Shown here: positions 9,208 to 19,583 of the stretch, one piece after another | Numbering within the stretch: position 1 is the first letter of the stretch | Layout of the letters: every line of letters starts with the position of its first letter | Assembly: GCA_038227875.1 (NCBI GenBank) | Contig: JBBRPR010000028.1 | Location: 1 to 64,000 of the forward strand | Source: Planctomycetota bacterium | Lineage (GTDB): Bacteria; Planctomycetota; SZUA-567; H5-PLA8 | Length of the DNA: 64,000 nt | Direction: 5' to 3' | The notes under the pieces: generated by a model | Database searches by the model: none | Seen by the model: the letters and a program-made list of their open reading frames with translations, nothing else | What the model was told of the DNA's origin: nothing | Translations under genes and position numbers: made by a program

Positions 9208-9281
9208 TGATGACCACGTGACTTTCAAAAAAAGCGCGACGAAGCGCTTGCGTCCAAGCCAGGAGCTAAGAGCCAATAGCC
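9150..9281. repeat. Inverted pair of (GGCTCTT)n heptamer arrays spanning the flavoprotein start codon
   Basis: ggctctt-ggctcct-ggctctt-ggctctg (9150-9177) versus the complementary array at 9254-9281. Confidence 0.75.
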
Positions 9282-9285
9282 GCCG

Positions 9286-10152
9286 TTATTTCTTCCGGGC
9301 GATCAGTAATTTGGTGCTCGGCCCGTTGAGGAACATCTTTGAGAGCATCAGCTCCGGCACGTAGAGACCCGCGCCCATGGCGCTGCCGAGCATTTCACCA
9401 ATGCCAACGTGTTTGCCGAGTTTGTAGGGCGTCTTGACCAGCGACCACGAGGTCTTGAAGGCGAACTTGCCGACGCCGCGCAGATCGGTCGGGGAGTTCA
9501 TCAGGAAGAAAATCGGTCGGACGGTCAGGATTTCGAAGCCACGCTTGGTCAACGCGTCACGATAGGTGTTGAGCGTCCGGCGGCGGACGTGGCTGATCGC
9601 GTTTTCGATCTGCTGGTATTTGTCGAAAATAATGGCGTGTCCGCCGGGCTTGAGCGCGCGGGTGATGTTGTCGAGTGCGCCGTTCCAATTCTGGTCTTCA
9701 ACGAGATGGAAGAGCACGTCGAAGGCCGTGGCGACGTCGCATTTGCCTTCGGCGTCGCCGAGGTCGAGTTTCGCGCCGATGTCGGCTTTGTTGAAGCGCC
9801 AGGACGTCGTCGCGCCGTTGCCGAAGCGTTCACGCGCGGCGTTGACGGCGATTTCGGTGATGTCGAAGCCGACCACCTGACCGACATTCTGTTCGCGCCA
9901 GAGATCGAGGTAGTAGCCGGTGCCGAAACCCAGTTCGAGAATGCGCGCGCCGGAGATTGGAACTTTGAGCTCGCGCAACGCGCGCAGCAGGACGCGCCGC
10001 CGCACCTTGTACGCCCAGCGATTGAACGCCAGCCCCACGCCCGCGTGTCCGACACCGGCGAGCGTGAATTCGCGCTCGAGCCGCTGCGTCCAATAACGGT
10101 CGTTTTCGTAAACAGGTTTGTCCGGCGTTTTCGCCGCTTCGCTGGCTGACAT
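9286..10152 (-). CDS. Class I SAM-dependent methyltransferase
   Basis: ILELGFGTG motif I, VGFDIT, DVLFHL, LKPGG. Confidence 0.9.
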   Translation of the reverse strand: MSASEAAKTPDKPVYENDRYWTQRLEREFTLAGVGHAGVGLAFNRWAYKVRRRVLLRALRELKVPISGARILELGFGTGYYLDLWREQNVGQVVGFDITEIAVNAARERFGNGATTSWRFNKADIGAKLDLGDAEGKCDVATAFDVLFHLVEDQNWNGALDNITRALKPGGHAIIFDKYQQIENAISHVRRRTLNTYRDALTKRGFEILTVRPIFFLMNSPTDLRGVGKFAFKTSWSLVKTPYKLGKHVGIGEMLGSAMGAGLYVPELMLSKMFLNGPSTKLLIARKK

Positions 10153-10200
10153 GGGAAGTATCGTCGTCTCGGGGGGAAAAAAGTCAAGGAGACCGGAACG

Positions 10201-10329
10201 GAGTCATTGGTCACTGGGTATTGGTCATCGGTCATTTTTCATTCACGAGGAGCGTGGTGGGCAACCTGTCAACCCTGCTCCGCGGAAATGACCCATGAAA
10301 AATGACCGATGCTTAATGACCAATGACTC
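10201..10329. repeat. Long hairpin made of (GTCATTG)n / (CAATGAC)n heptamer arrays
   Basis: GAGTCATTGGTCA pairs with TGACCAATGACTC, and CATCGGTCATTTTTCAT pairs with ATGAAAAATGACCGATG. Confidence 0.85.
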
Positions 10330-10331
10330 TG

Positions 10332-11150
10332 TTAGAGCACCCACTTCTCGAGCGCCTCAGCGACGCCATCTTCTTCCTGAGAGCCGGTAATGACGTCGGC
10401 GGCGGCCTGCACTTCCGGAAGGGCGTTGCCCATCGCGACGCCGATGCCGGCTTCGGCGATCATGTCGAGATCGTTGAGTCCGTCGCCGATGGCCATCATT
10501 TCTGACGGGTGCATGCCGAGATGTTGCGCGATGGCTTTCAAGCCCTGGCCTTTGCCGGCGCGAAGCGAGCAGATTTCCAGGTACCAGTAATGGTGGCGGT
10601 GCGATTCAATCACGACCATCGTGGGCGGTAACTTCAGGCGCAGCAGTTTGGCCAGCGGGCGCATCTGCTCTTCTTTGCCGAAGGCTTCGACCGACGTCGG
10701 CTCAAAGGGAATCGATTCGCAGAGTTCCGGCCACGGCGTGTGGCGCTGGGAGATGTCCTTGGGAATCGGGCGGTCGGGATGGAAAAGAATACGCGCACTG
10801 TGAATCGCGTCCTCGTAGAGGCGCGGCGAGAGTCCGGCCTCCCAGATCGCGCGCGTCGCGATGATCGCCTCGTCGTGCGTCAGGACGTTGCGCTCGATGA
10901 TCGTGTTTTTCTCAAGATGCATCACCACGCTGCCGGTGGCGACGATGCCGTAGCCCAACGGTGGAATCTGGAAGGCGATGGGCATGGTGGTGTAGCGTGA
11001 GCGGCCGGTGGCGATGATGATTTCCACGCCGCTGGCGCGCGCTTTCTTCAGCGTTTCGCAGACGCGCACCGAGACCAGCTCGTCGCGTCCGACCAGTGTT
11101 CCATCGATGTCGATGCAGACGGCGCGGATCTTCCGAGGCTTGCTTTTCAT
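10332..11150 (-). CDS. Cof-type HAD-IIB family hydrolase
   Basis: DIDGTL, IATGR, KGQGL, AIGDGLNDLDM, GVAMGNA, EEDGVA; start chosen at ATG 11150. Confidence 0.92.
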   Translation of the reverse strand: MKSKPRKIRAVCIDIDGTLVGRDELVSVRVCETLKKARASGVEIIIATGRSRYTTMPIAFQIPPLGYGIVATGSVVMHLEKNTIIERNVLTHDEAIIATRAIWEAGLSPRLYEDAIHSARILFHPDRPIPKDISQRHTPWPELCESIPFEPTSVEAFGKEEQMRPLAKLLRLKLPPTMVVIESHRHHYWYLEICSLRAGKGQGLKAIAQHLGMHPSEMMAIGDGLNDLDMIAEAGIGVAMGNALPEVQAAADVITGSQEEDGVAEALEKWVL

Positions 11151-11280
11151 GAGAGGATTATCGAGAGTGCACGCCGTGGCGCAAGTATCTTGCCTCAAGA
11201 GGGTTCAAGGCTTATAACGCGCACTCTCATTTTCGTTAGCACAGCATTAATCAAAGGTTGTAATTTTCACCAGGAAGATC

Positions 11281-14200
11281 ATGGCAAAAAAGAGTTCGAA
11301 GACCTCCAAACCCAAAGCAGTCAAGACGGATGCTGCACGGGAAGTTTCCTCGGTCGCGGCGGCGCCGGCTTCACACAGCCATCCGGCCAGCGTGTATCAG
11401 AGCCACTTGATGAACGAGGCTGACGCCAAGCGGCAGAAGCTCCGCCCGATCAAGAAACTGCTCGTCGCCAACCGCAGCGAAATCGCCATCCGCGTCTTCC
11501 GCGCGTGTAACGAAATGGGCATCGCCACCGTCGGCATTTACAGCGCCGAAGACAAGCTGGCCTTGCATCGCTACAAGTGCGACGAAGCCTATCCGATCGG
11601 CGTGGGCAAGGGTCCGGTCGCCGCGTATTTAGGCATGGATGAGATCGTCAAGCTGGCGCTCGACAAGGGCGTCGACGCGATTCATCCGGGCTATGGATTT
11701 CTGTCGGAGAACGCGGAGTTCGCCGAACTGGTGATCCGCGCGGGACTGATCTGGGTTGGACCGGATCCGTCGGTGATGGGCAAGGTCTCGGACAAGGTTT
11801 CGGCGCGTACGCTGGCCATGAGTCTCGGCCTGCCCGTGATTCCCGGTACCAAGGGACCCGTCGCGAATGTCGACGAGGCGCTGAAGTTCGCCAAGGACTG
11901 CGGCTACCCGGTGATGATCAAGGCCAGCCACGGCGGCGGCGGTCGCGGCATCCGGGTGGTCAACAACGAAGCGGAAATGCGCGAACTACTTCCGCTGGCG
12001 CAGCGCGAAGCACTGACGGCGTTCGGCTGCGATGAATGTTTCCTCGAGAAGCGCCTGATCCGCCCCAAGCATCTGGAAGTGCAGATTCTCGGCGACCATT
12101 ACGGCAACGTGCTTCACGTCTTTGAGCGCGACTGCTCGATCCAGCGCCGCCATCAGAAGGTCATCGAGTTCGCACCCAGCCTGCAGCTCAACAACGAGCA
12201 GCGGCGGCGCCTGTGCGACATGGCGGTGACCTTCGCCCGCGCGGCCGGCTACCAGAACGCTGGCACGGTCGAATTCCTGATGGACCAGTCCGGTGAGATC
12301 TATCTCATCGAGATGAATACGCGCATCCAGGTCGAACACACCGTCACTGAAATGGCGACGGGCGTGGACCTGGTCCAGGCGCAGATCCGCATCGCCGAAG
12401 GCTACAAGCTCAGCGATCCCCAGACGCGCCTCCCGGCTCAGGACAAGCTGGAGCTCAAAGGTTTCGCGATCCAAGCACGCATCACGACGGAAAATCCGGC
12501 CAAGAGTTTCACGCCGGACTACGGACGTATCACGACGTACCGCTCGGCGGCGGGATTCGGCATCCGGCTCGACGGCGGCACGGCCTTCACCGGCGCGGTG
12601 ATCACGCCCTACTACGATTCGCTGCTGGTGAAGGTGACCAGCTTCGGTCGCGATTTTCTGGAATCGGCGGCGCGCCTTCATCGCGCGCTCTCGGAATTCC
12701 GCATCCGCGGACTCTCGAACAATATTCCGTTCCTGATGAACGTGCTGCGTCACCAGACGTTCCTGGCCGGAAAGTGCGACACGGGATTCATCGAGGCCAA
12801 CCCGGCGCTCTTCACCTGGCGCGAGCCGCGCGACCGCGCCAACAAGCTGCTGAATTTCCTCGCCGACGTGATCGTCAACGGCAACCCGATCGTCGGCGAA
12901 GGGAACAAAGCGCCGGCCTCCGCGGTAACACCCGTTGCCCCGAGAGCTCACGCTGAAGCAAAAGCCGCGTTGGTCGAAGCGCCCCTGATCAAAGGACAAG
13001 GCCCGGGCGTCGGCATGCTGCCGGGCACGAAGCAGATTCTCGACAAGAACGGCCCGGAAGGCCTGGCGCGCTGGGCACGTGAACAGAAGCGTCTGCTGGT
13101 GACCGACACCACCTTCCGTGACGCGCACCAGTCGCTACTGGCCACTCGCATGCGCAGTTACGACATGCTGGCCGTCGCCGATTTCTATGCGCGCAACTGC
13201 AATGGACTGTTCAGCCTGGAAATGTGGGGCGGCGCGACATTCGACACCTCGATGCGTTTCCTGAAAGAAGACCCTTGGGACCGGCTGGTGCAACTCCGCC
13301 AGAAAGTGCCGAACATCCTCTTTCAGATGCTCGTGCGCGGCTCATCGGCCGTGGGCTACACGAACTATCCCGACAACGTCGTACGGGAGTTCATCAAGGA
13401 ATCGGCGCAGGCGGGAATGGACATCTTCCGCATTTTCGATGCGCTCAATTGGATCCCGGGCATGCAGGTCGCCATCGACGCGGCGCTGAAGAGCGGACGC
13501 ATTTGCGAAGCGGCGATCTGCTACACCGCCGACGTCAACGATCCGTCACGGCCGAAGTACGATCTGAAATATTACGTGACAATGGCCAAGGAACTGGTCA
13601 AGCGCGGCACGCACATTCTCGGTATCAAGGACATGGCCGGATTGTGCAAAGCGTACGCGGCGGAAAAGCTGGTCAAAGCGCTGCGCGACGAAGTGCCGGT
13701 CCCCGTCCACTTCCACACGCACGACACCGGCGGCGTGCAGGCGGCGGCGATCATCAAGGCTACGGAAGCGGGCGTCGATATCGCCGACATGGCGATATCC
13801 AGCATGAGCGGCCTGACCAGCCAGCCGAACTTAAATTCGATCGCGGCCGTGCTGCGCGATCATCCGCGCGACACGAAGCTCAATGTCGGCGCGCTGAACC
13901 AGATCGGCGATTACTTCGAGAACGTGCGCAAGTTCTACTATCCGTTCGAGAGCGACATGAAGGCTGGCACGGCGGAAGTGTGGGAACACGAAATGCCGGG
14001 TGGCCAGTACACGAATCTGCAGCAGCAGGCCGCGTCAATGGGCCTCGGCGACCGCTGGGAAGAGATCAAGCGTGAGTACCGCGCTGTGAATTTCCTTTTC
14101 GGCGACATCGTGAAGGTCACGCCGAGCTCCAAGATTGTCGGCGACATGACGCTCTTCCTCGTTTCCAACCGCCTACAGGCCACGGACGTGATGGAAGCGG

Positions 14201-14934
14201 GCAAGCGCTTGAGCTTCCCGGAATCGGTCGTCCAGTTCTTCGAAGGGCACATCGGTTTCCCTCCGGGCGGATTCGACAAGAAGCTGCAGCAGGTGATCCT
14301 GAAGGATCGCAAGCCAATGGCCAAGCGCGCCGGCGAGCTGCTCAAGCCGATCGACCTGGGCAAACTGCGCGAGCAGCTCAGCGAAAAACACAAGAGCACG
14401 ATCACCTATCGCGACACGCTCTCGTCGGCGCTGTACGACAAGGTCTTCGACGAATTCGCCGCCAGCCGCGAACGCTTCGGCGACGTCTCGCCCGTGCCGA
14501 CCAAGAATTACCTCTTCGGCATGGACATCGAAGAAGAGATCACCGTCGAAATCGAGCCGGGAAAGACGCTGATCGTGAAATTGATCTCTGTCTCCGAACC
14601 GGCGAAGGACGGCACGCGCAAAGTCTACTTTGAGCTCAACGGCATGCCGCGCGAAGCGATCGTCAAGGATCGCAGCGTCAAGAGCGCCGCGAAGGAACGG
14701 CAGAAAGCCAATCTGTCGAACCCGCATCACCTCGGCGCGACGATGCCGGGCCTGATCGCCGAAGTAAAGGTCGTGCGCGGCGCGGAAGTGAAGGCGGGCG
14801 CGGTGCTGATGGTCCTCGAAGCAATGAAGATGCAGGTCAATGTCGCCGCGCCGAAGGACGGCGTGGTGGTCGACGTGCCGCTCCAGAAGGGCGACATCGT
14901 CGAGGCCGGCGACCTTCTAGCCGTATTCGAGTGA
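11281..14934 (+). CDS. pyc: Pyruvate carboxylase
   Basis: Biotin carboxylase (LVANRSEIA, HPGYGFLSEN, RDCSIQRRHQK), carboxyltransferase (DTTFRDAHQSL, WGGATFD, HTHDT) and biotin carrier (EAMKM). Confidence 0.97.
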   Translation: MAKKSSKTSKPKAVKTDAAREVSSVAAAPASHSHPASVYQSHLMNEADAKRQKLRPIKKLLVANRSEIAIRVFRACNEMGIATVGIYSAEDKLALHRYKCDEAYPIGVGKGPVAAYLGMDEIVKLALDKGVDAIHPGYGFLSENAEFAELVIRAGLIWVGPDPSVMGKVSDKVSARTLAMSLGLPVIPGTKGPVANVDEALKFAKDCGYPVMIKASHGGGGRGIRVVNNEAEMRELLPLAQREALTAFGCDECFLEKRLIRPKHLEVQILGDHYGNVLHVFERDCSIQRRHQKVIEFAPSLQLNNEQRRRLCDMAVTFARAAGYQNAGTVEFLMDQSGEIYLIEMNTRIQVEHTVTEMATGVDLVQAQIRIAEGYKLSDPQTRLPAQDKLELKGFAIQARITTENPAKSFTPDYGRITTYRSAAGFGIRLDGGTAFTGAVITPYYDSLLVKVTSFGRDFLESAARLHRALSEFRIRGLSNNIPFLMNVLRHQTFLAGKCDTGFIEANPALFTWREPRDRANKLLNFLADVIVNGNPIVGEGNKAPASAVTPVAPRAHAEAKAALVEAPLIKGQGPGVGMLPGTKQILDKNGPEGLARWAREQKRLLVTDTTFRDAHQSLLATRMRSYDMLAVADFYARNCNGLFSLEMWGGATFDTSMRFLKEDPWDRLVQLRQKVPNILFQMLVRGSSAVGYTNYPDNVVREFIKESAQAGMDIFRIFDALNWIPGMQVAIDAALKSGRICEAAICYTADVNDPSRPKYDLKYYVTMAKELVKRGTHILGIKDMAGLCKAYAAEKLVKALRDEVPVPVHFHTHDTGGVQAAAIIKATEAGVDIADMAISSMSGLTSQPNLNSIAAVLRDHPRDTKLNVGALNQIGDYFENVRKFYYPFESDMKAGTAEVWEHEMPGGQYTNLQQQAASMGLGDRWEEIKREYRAVNFLFGDIVKVTPSSKIVGDMTLFLVSNRLQATDVMEAGKRLSFPESVVQFFEGHIGFPPGGFDKKLQQVILKDRKPMAKRAGELLKPIDLGKLREQLSEKHKSTITYRDTLSSALYDKVFDEFAASRERFGDVSPVPTKNYLFGMDIEEEITVEIEPGKTLIVKLISVSEPAKDGTRKVYFELNGMPREAIVKDRSVKSAAKERQKANLSNPHHLGATMPGLIAEVKVVRGAEVKAGAVLMVLEAMKMQVNVAAPKDGVVVDVPLQKGDIVEAGDLLAVFE

Positions 14935-14950
14935 TATATGGGAAATGATC

Positions 14951-14978
14951 GGGGGTGTGCCGAATTCGGCACATCTCC
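14951..14978. terminator. Palindrome just after pyc (possible terminator or REP-like site)
   Basis: TGTGCCGAATTCGGCACA perfect palindrome (14956-14973) with G-U-extendable flanks; no clear U-tract. Confidence 0.4.
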
Positions 14979-15127
14979 CGCAGGAATGTTCACCGAACCG
15001 CGTCTAGTTTCGGGAGCAGATTCACTGAAAGTTCACGTTTGTTAAAATTAGCCTAAACCCTGCTCCCCTCGCGATCACTAACACCAAGTCGAAGTATGTC
15101 TGAGCGACGGGTCATGAGCCGGGATGC

Positions 15128-18100
15128 ATGCGACGCGATAAACGCCTGAAAATCTGGGGCTGGGGTGCGGCCATCATCGGCGTCACGCTGCTGATGGCAT
15201 GGCTGCGTCGCGAGCAGAAATCTGAAACTATCGTTCCCAATTTTGCAACGCCGGTCGCGCAACAATCTCCAGAGCCCCCAAAAGCTCCGCCTCTGTCGCT
15301 GGTTCCCACGCGTTTCCGCCATGACGCGGATTTCTGGCCGCAGCAACCGCATTCCGTGGAATTGCGTTACCGCACGCTGATGCCGGATATCGTTGGCCAC
15401 GACGACGGCCAGTCGCACGTTTGGGTCGCGCAATTCGGCGGACCGCTGGACGCGAAGGGCCTCGAGCGGCTGCGCGCGAAGGGCATCGCAGTGCTCTGTC
15501 CCACTGTTGCGAATGCGTTCCATGTGCGCGCCACGCGGCGTGCGCTGCTCCTCGCAACGGAATCGTTTGTCCCCAAGCTTCTCGGCTGGGCGACGCTGTT
15601 GCCGGAAGACAAGGTATTGCCGGGGCTGCATGAGCACGAAAAAGCGTTCGCCGAAAAAACCGATCGCCGACGGGACCCCGCGACGGAACTGCGCCTGGAA
15701 CTTTATCCGGATGCCGATGCGGAGCGTGTCTCGGCTGCGGTTGCGAATTCCGGCGGTGCGGTGCGCGCTTCCGGGCGCGACTGGATTGAAGTTCAGGGAC
15801 CGGCCTGGCGGGAGTTCGTCGCGGCGCTGGCGTCACTGGACGATGTCTACGCGCTGGACATCGCGCGGCCGCGTCTGAAGAGTTTCGATGTTGCTTCCGC
15901 TAACGCCTCGAACATAACGATCTGCCAGAACGTGCCGCTGAACCTCGACGGCACGGGCATCAAAGTGCTGGTCCGCGATCAGGGGGCGCTATTCGCTCAT
16001 CCGGATTTCGGTTCGCGCGTCACCCCGGGACCTGACGTTGTCGGGCAGCCGGCCGTGCTCCATTCAACGCATGTCGCCGGGATCATCGGCGCGACGGGCT
16101 TGGCCGATCCGAGCAAGATGGCCAAAGGCATGGCGCCGAATTGCGGCTTGGTAGTCTACGATCTGAACGGCGACGAAGCCGCCGAACCGCTGGACGCGCT
16201 GCATACGTTCGGTGCGCTGCTCTCGAATCACTCATACGGCTTCGAGACGGGTTGGGATTCCGGCATGTTTACGGACAACCAATCGTCCTTCGGCACGTAC
16301 TCGTCATTCTCGCGCAATTGGGATTCGATCGTGCGTTCCGAAAATCTGATCATGGTGAAAGCGGCGGGAAATTTCCGCAACGAATCCGGGCCCGGACATC
16401 CGCCCAACGGAATGATTGCGCCGGATTTTGATTTCTACACGACCGTCGACGCCTCTTCGACCAGCAAGAACGTGATCGTCGTCGGCGCGGCGGCGATGGG
16501 AATTCAAGCGGGCGTGCCGACGTCGTCGACGGCGGTACTCTCCTTTTCCAGCAGTGGACCGTGCACGGACGGGCGTCTGAAACCCGAGCTGATCGCCGAT
16601 GGCGACCAGATCGTTTCGTGCAACACCAGCGCGACCGCGGGCAACCAGTACACGACGCTTTCAGGAACGTCGATGGCCTCGGCAGTGGTCACCGGTGCGG
16701 CGGCGCTTTTCCTGCAGCACTACCAGCAGCGCACGGGCTCGATCAATTGTCCGCCGCATTACCTGCGCGCGGTTCTGGCGCAGACGGCCACGGACATGGG
16801 TCGCCCCGGTCCGGATTTCCTGCACGGCTTCGGCATGCTCGATCTCCAGGCCGCGATCAACCTCTTCGATCTCGACAACAACACCAATACGCGCGTGGTC
16901 AACAGCGCGATTACTGCCACTGTACCGGAGCGTTTCTTCCGGCTGAACAGCGACGGCGTCACGCCGATCAAAGTCACCCTCTGCTGGACCGATGAATTCG
17001 GCGACGTGCTGGCGAAGAACGCGATCATCGACGATCTCGATCTGCGGCTCGTCCGCGTCTCGGATCAAGCGGTGTTCTTTCCCTACATCCTGAGCTCCAC
17101 GCGGCCGGATCTTCCCGCGACAACCGGCGTGAATTCCGTTGACACCATCGAGCAGGTGCAGCTCGCCGCGCTTGCGGCGGGGAGTTATCTGATCGCGGTG
17201 CGCGCGCCAAGCCTCGCCAGCAACACTAATTTCGCGCTCGCCAGTTCGCACGTATTAACTGAGGACGCCGCGCCCGTGGCGAAGATCAAGGCGAGTAGTA
17301 CGTCCGGTCCCGCACCACTATCGGTGACCTTCGACGGCACAGGCTCGACGGATGCCGATGGGAGTGTCGCGCAGTTCTTCTGGAATTTTGGCGATGGCGC
17401 CACCGCCACCGGATCGATCGTGGCCCACGTTTTCCAGACCGGCAGTTTCACGGTGACGCTGCAGGTTCTTGATGATCAGGGCGCATCGGCGACGACCACG
17501 GTGCTCATCGGCGTCAACAACATGCCGCCAGTGGCGTCCGTCAGCATATCGCCGTCGTCGGGGCTGCCGCCATTCACGGCGGTCTTCAGCTCCGCCGGCT
17601 CAGTCGATCCTGACGGAACGATTGTGAACTACACATGGACTTTTGGCGATGGCACGACCGGTTTCGGGCCGCAAGTGACGCATACATTCAACGCACCGGG
17701 ATTGTATTTCATCAGCTTGCTCGTCACCGACGACGGCGGCGCGACCACGCGGACGTCATCGACGCTGCTGGCGGGAAAAACGCTGACCGCTTCATCGTCC
17801 CGCTTCAGCCTGAATTTCGCGAAGCTCGGCGCCGACAGCTTTTCGCTCACGTCCAAAAACGTGACCGTCGACCCCAACCTCAATCCCACTGGCCTGGGCG
17901 GTTCAGTGCGGATCGGTCAGGCGCAATACAGTTTCAAATTCGATTCGAAAGGCCGCTTCAAAGCGCCGCCGCTTTCCGGAACGCTCAACGCCAAGCGCTC
18001 GCAGTTCACGGTGACGATTCGGAACACCAATCTAGGCGGTGCCCTCACCGGAACCAACGCCACCAACCGCACTGCCAAAGCGGAACTCGTACGAATTCCA

Positions 18101-18208
18101 TTCGCGCTCTACTTCGACACAGGCGACGTCTTCGGCTCGACCGGCTTCCCGTACCGCTACACCTCGACGCAGGGTAAACGCGGAGCGGGCTCGCTGCTGA
18201 AGCAGTGA
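15128..18208 (+). CDS. Secreted or membrane-anchored S8 (subtilisin) serine protease with two PKD domains and a shared C-terminal domain
   Basis: N-terminal hydrophobic segment; triad D (VRDQG), H (HSTHVAGII), S (SGTSMAS); oxyanion AAGN; PKD motifs WNFGDG and WTFGDG. Confidence 0.92.
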   Translation: MRRDKRLKIWGWGAAIIGVTLLMAWLRREQKSETIVPNFATPVAQQSPEPPKAPPLSLVPTRFRHDADFWPQQPHSVELRYRTLMPDIVGHDDGQSHVWVAQFGGPLDAKGLERLRAKGIAVLCPTVANAFHVRATRRALLLATESFVPKLLGWATLLPEDKVLPGLHEHEKAFAEKTDRRRDPATELRLELYPDADAERVSAAVANSGGAVRASGRDWIEVQGPAWREFVAALASLDDVYALDIARPRLKSFDVASANASNITICQNVPLNLDGTGIKVLVRDQGALFAHPDFGSRVTPGPDVVGQPAVLHSTHVAGIIGATGLADPSKMAKGMAPNCGLVVYDLNGDEAAEPLDALHTFGALLSNHSYGFETGWDSGMFTDNQSSFGTYSSFSRNWDSIVRSENLIMVKAAGNFRNESGPGHPPNGMIAPDFDFYTTVDASSTSKNVIVVGAAAMGIQAGVPTSSTAVLSFSSSGPCTDGRLKPELIADGDQIVSCNTSATAGNQYTTLSGTSMASAVVTGAAALFLQHYQQRTGSINCPPHYLRAVLAQTATDMGRPGPDFLHGFGMLDLQAAINLFDLDNNTNTRVVNSAITATVPERFFRLNSDGVTPIKVTLCWTDEFGDVLAKNAIIDDLDLRLVRVSDQAVFFPYILSSTRPDLPATTGVNSVDTIEQVQLAALAAGSYLIAVRAPSLASNTNFALASSHVLTEDAAPVAKIKASSTSGPAPLSVTFDGTGSTDADGSVAQFFWNFGDGATATGSIVAHVFQTGSFTVTLQVLDDQGASATTTVLIGVNNMPPVASVSISPSSGLPPFTAVFSSAGSVDPDGTIVNYTWTFGDGTTGFGPQVTHTFNAPGLYFISLLVTDDGGATTRTSSTLLAGKTLTASSSRFSLNFAKLGADSFSLTSKNVTVDPNLNPTGLGGSVRIGQAQYSFKFDSKGRFKAPPLSGTLNAKRSQFTVTIRNTNLGGALTGTNATNRTAKAELVRIPFALYFDTGDVFGSTGFPYRYTSTQGKRGAGSLLKQ

Positions 18209-18209
18209 C

Positions 18210-18277
18210 GAACGGAGCATTTTCCATTTTTATCGCACGCGCGATCCCCGCATGCGCGATGGAAAATGCTCAGTTCG
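18210..18277. terminator. Inverted repeat between the convergent protease and FabF-like genes
   Basis: GAGCATTTTCCAT ... ATGGAAAATGCTC, a 13-bp perfect inverted repeat. Confidence 0.5.
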
Positions 18278-19475
18278 CGCCCAGCACAACCGCCGCGTTC
18301 GTCCCGCCGAAGCCATACGACGTCTTCAGAATGGTCTTGTACGCGCCGCTGAGCGGCTGGCCCGTGGGTACGCGCAGATTGCAGGCGGGGTCTTGTTCGG
18401 CCGGATCGAGGCCGACAACAGGTGGCACCTTTCCGTCGCGCAGCGTCATCACGGCCGCTATGGATTCAAGCACCCCCGCCGCGCCCATCGTATGGCCGAT
18501 CGAACTCTTGACGCTGCAGACTGGAATCTCCCCGCCGCGCTTACCGAAGACGGCGTGAATCGCCTTTGTTTCAATCGCGTCGTTGTAGGGCGTGCCGGTC
18601 GCGTGAAGATTGAGGTGATCGATCGAGTCGGGACTGGTCTTGGCGTCTGCGAGCGCGGCGCGCATCACGGCCTGGATTCCGTGCGCTTCTTGTTCGGGCG
18701 CGGTCATGTGGTAGGCATCGTTGTTCATAGCGCGGCCGAGCACCTTCGCGTAAATGTGCGGCGCCTTGCGTTGGGCGGCGTGCTCGGCGCTCTCGAGAAT
18801 CACCGCGCCGGCGCCTTCGGAAAAGAGCGTGCCTTTGCGGCGCTTATCGAAGGGCCGGATGGTATCCGGCGTGATCGCGCGCAACGCCGAGAGACCCGCG
18901 TAAATGTAGAGTGACAATTCGTCGTAGCCGCAAGCGAGCACCACTTCCGCGCGGCCCAGACGGATCTGGTCGAGCGCCAGGCCGATGGCCGCGGTGCCGG
19001 ACGCGCAGGAGAGCGAGAGATTGAACTGCGGACCGCCCAGCCCGAATTTCGTGGCGATGTTCGCTGAAGCTGTGCCAAAGAGGTAGCCATTCAGTCCCGC
19101 GAGAGAAATATCGTTCGCGCCGTCAACCAGCGCACGCTCCGCGCCGGACATGCCGCCGAAATTGCTTCCGGTGACAATCGCGCCGTGGCGCAGCGGGCCA
19201 GCGGTCACTGTTCCTGAGGGATCGACTCCCAACGCATCCGCGAGCGCATCGGAGACCGCATCATTGAGCATCCGAATGGCGCGCGCCGGATTTTTCGCGT
19301 CGGCGTTCGCTGCATAACCATCGACCACGCCCGCGAGCGGATTTCGGAACATCGATGCGTCAAAGAGCGTCGGCGCAGTGAATGCCGTCTTGCCAGCGAG
19401 CAGATTGTCCCACAGCGCCGGCACGCCGCGGCCATGGGGGGAGACGGCGCCCATTCCGGTAATCACCACGTCCAT
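18270..19475 (-). CDS. Beta-ketoacyl-[ACP] synthase II family protein (FabF-like)
   Basis: VVITGMG.VSP, catalytic Cys (SCASG), HATGT..ND, KSSIGH.MGAAG, SYGFGGTN. Confidence 0.9.
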   Translation of the reverse strand: MDVVITGMGAVSPHGRGVPALWDNLLAGKTAFTAPTLFDASMFRNPLAGVVDGYAANADAKNPARAIRMLNDAVSDALADALGVDPSGTVTAGPLRHGAIVTGSNFGGMSGAERALVDGANDISLAGLNGYLFGTASANIATKFGLGGPQFNLSLSCASGTAAIGLALDQIRLGRAEVVLACGYDELSLYIYAGLSALRAITPDTIRPFDKRRKGTLFSEGAGAVILESAEHAAQRKAPHIYAKVLGRAMNNDAYHMTAPEQEAHGIQAVMRAALADAKTSPDSIDHLNLHATGTPYNDAIETKAIHAVFGKRGGEIPVCSVKSSIGHTMGAAGVLESIAAVMTLRDGKVPPVVGLDPAEQDPACNLRVPTGQPLSGAYKTILKTSYGFGGTNAAVVLGAN

Positions 19476-19494
19476 GCTTGGCGCTCCCGCGGAT

Positions 19495-19576
19495 AATTTT
19501 GAATTTAGAATTCTTAATCTTGAATTGAGCTGCCAATTCGCCTTGTGCTCAAATTCAAAATTAAGAATTAAAAATT
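19495..19576. repeat. Inverted pair of AT-rich (TTTTGAA)n heptamer arrays
   Basis: aattttgaatttagaattcttaatcttgaattgagc versus gctcaaattcaaaattaagaattaaaaatt; same family at 3248-3268, 29275-29309 and 59289-59319. Confidence 0.8.
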
Positions 19577-19583
19577 GCCGTCC

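Noticed and set aside
7300..10152. EVE, flavoprotein and methyltransferase as a defence or modification system
   Set aside because: All three are common stand-alone families, and there is no nuclease or DNA-methyltransferase motif to link them.
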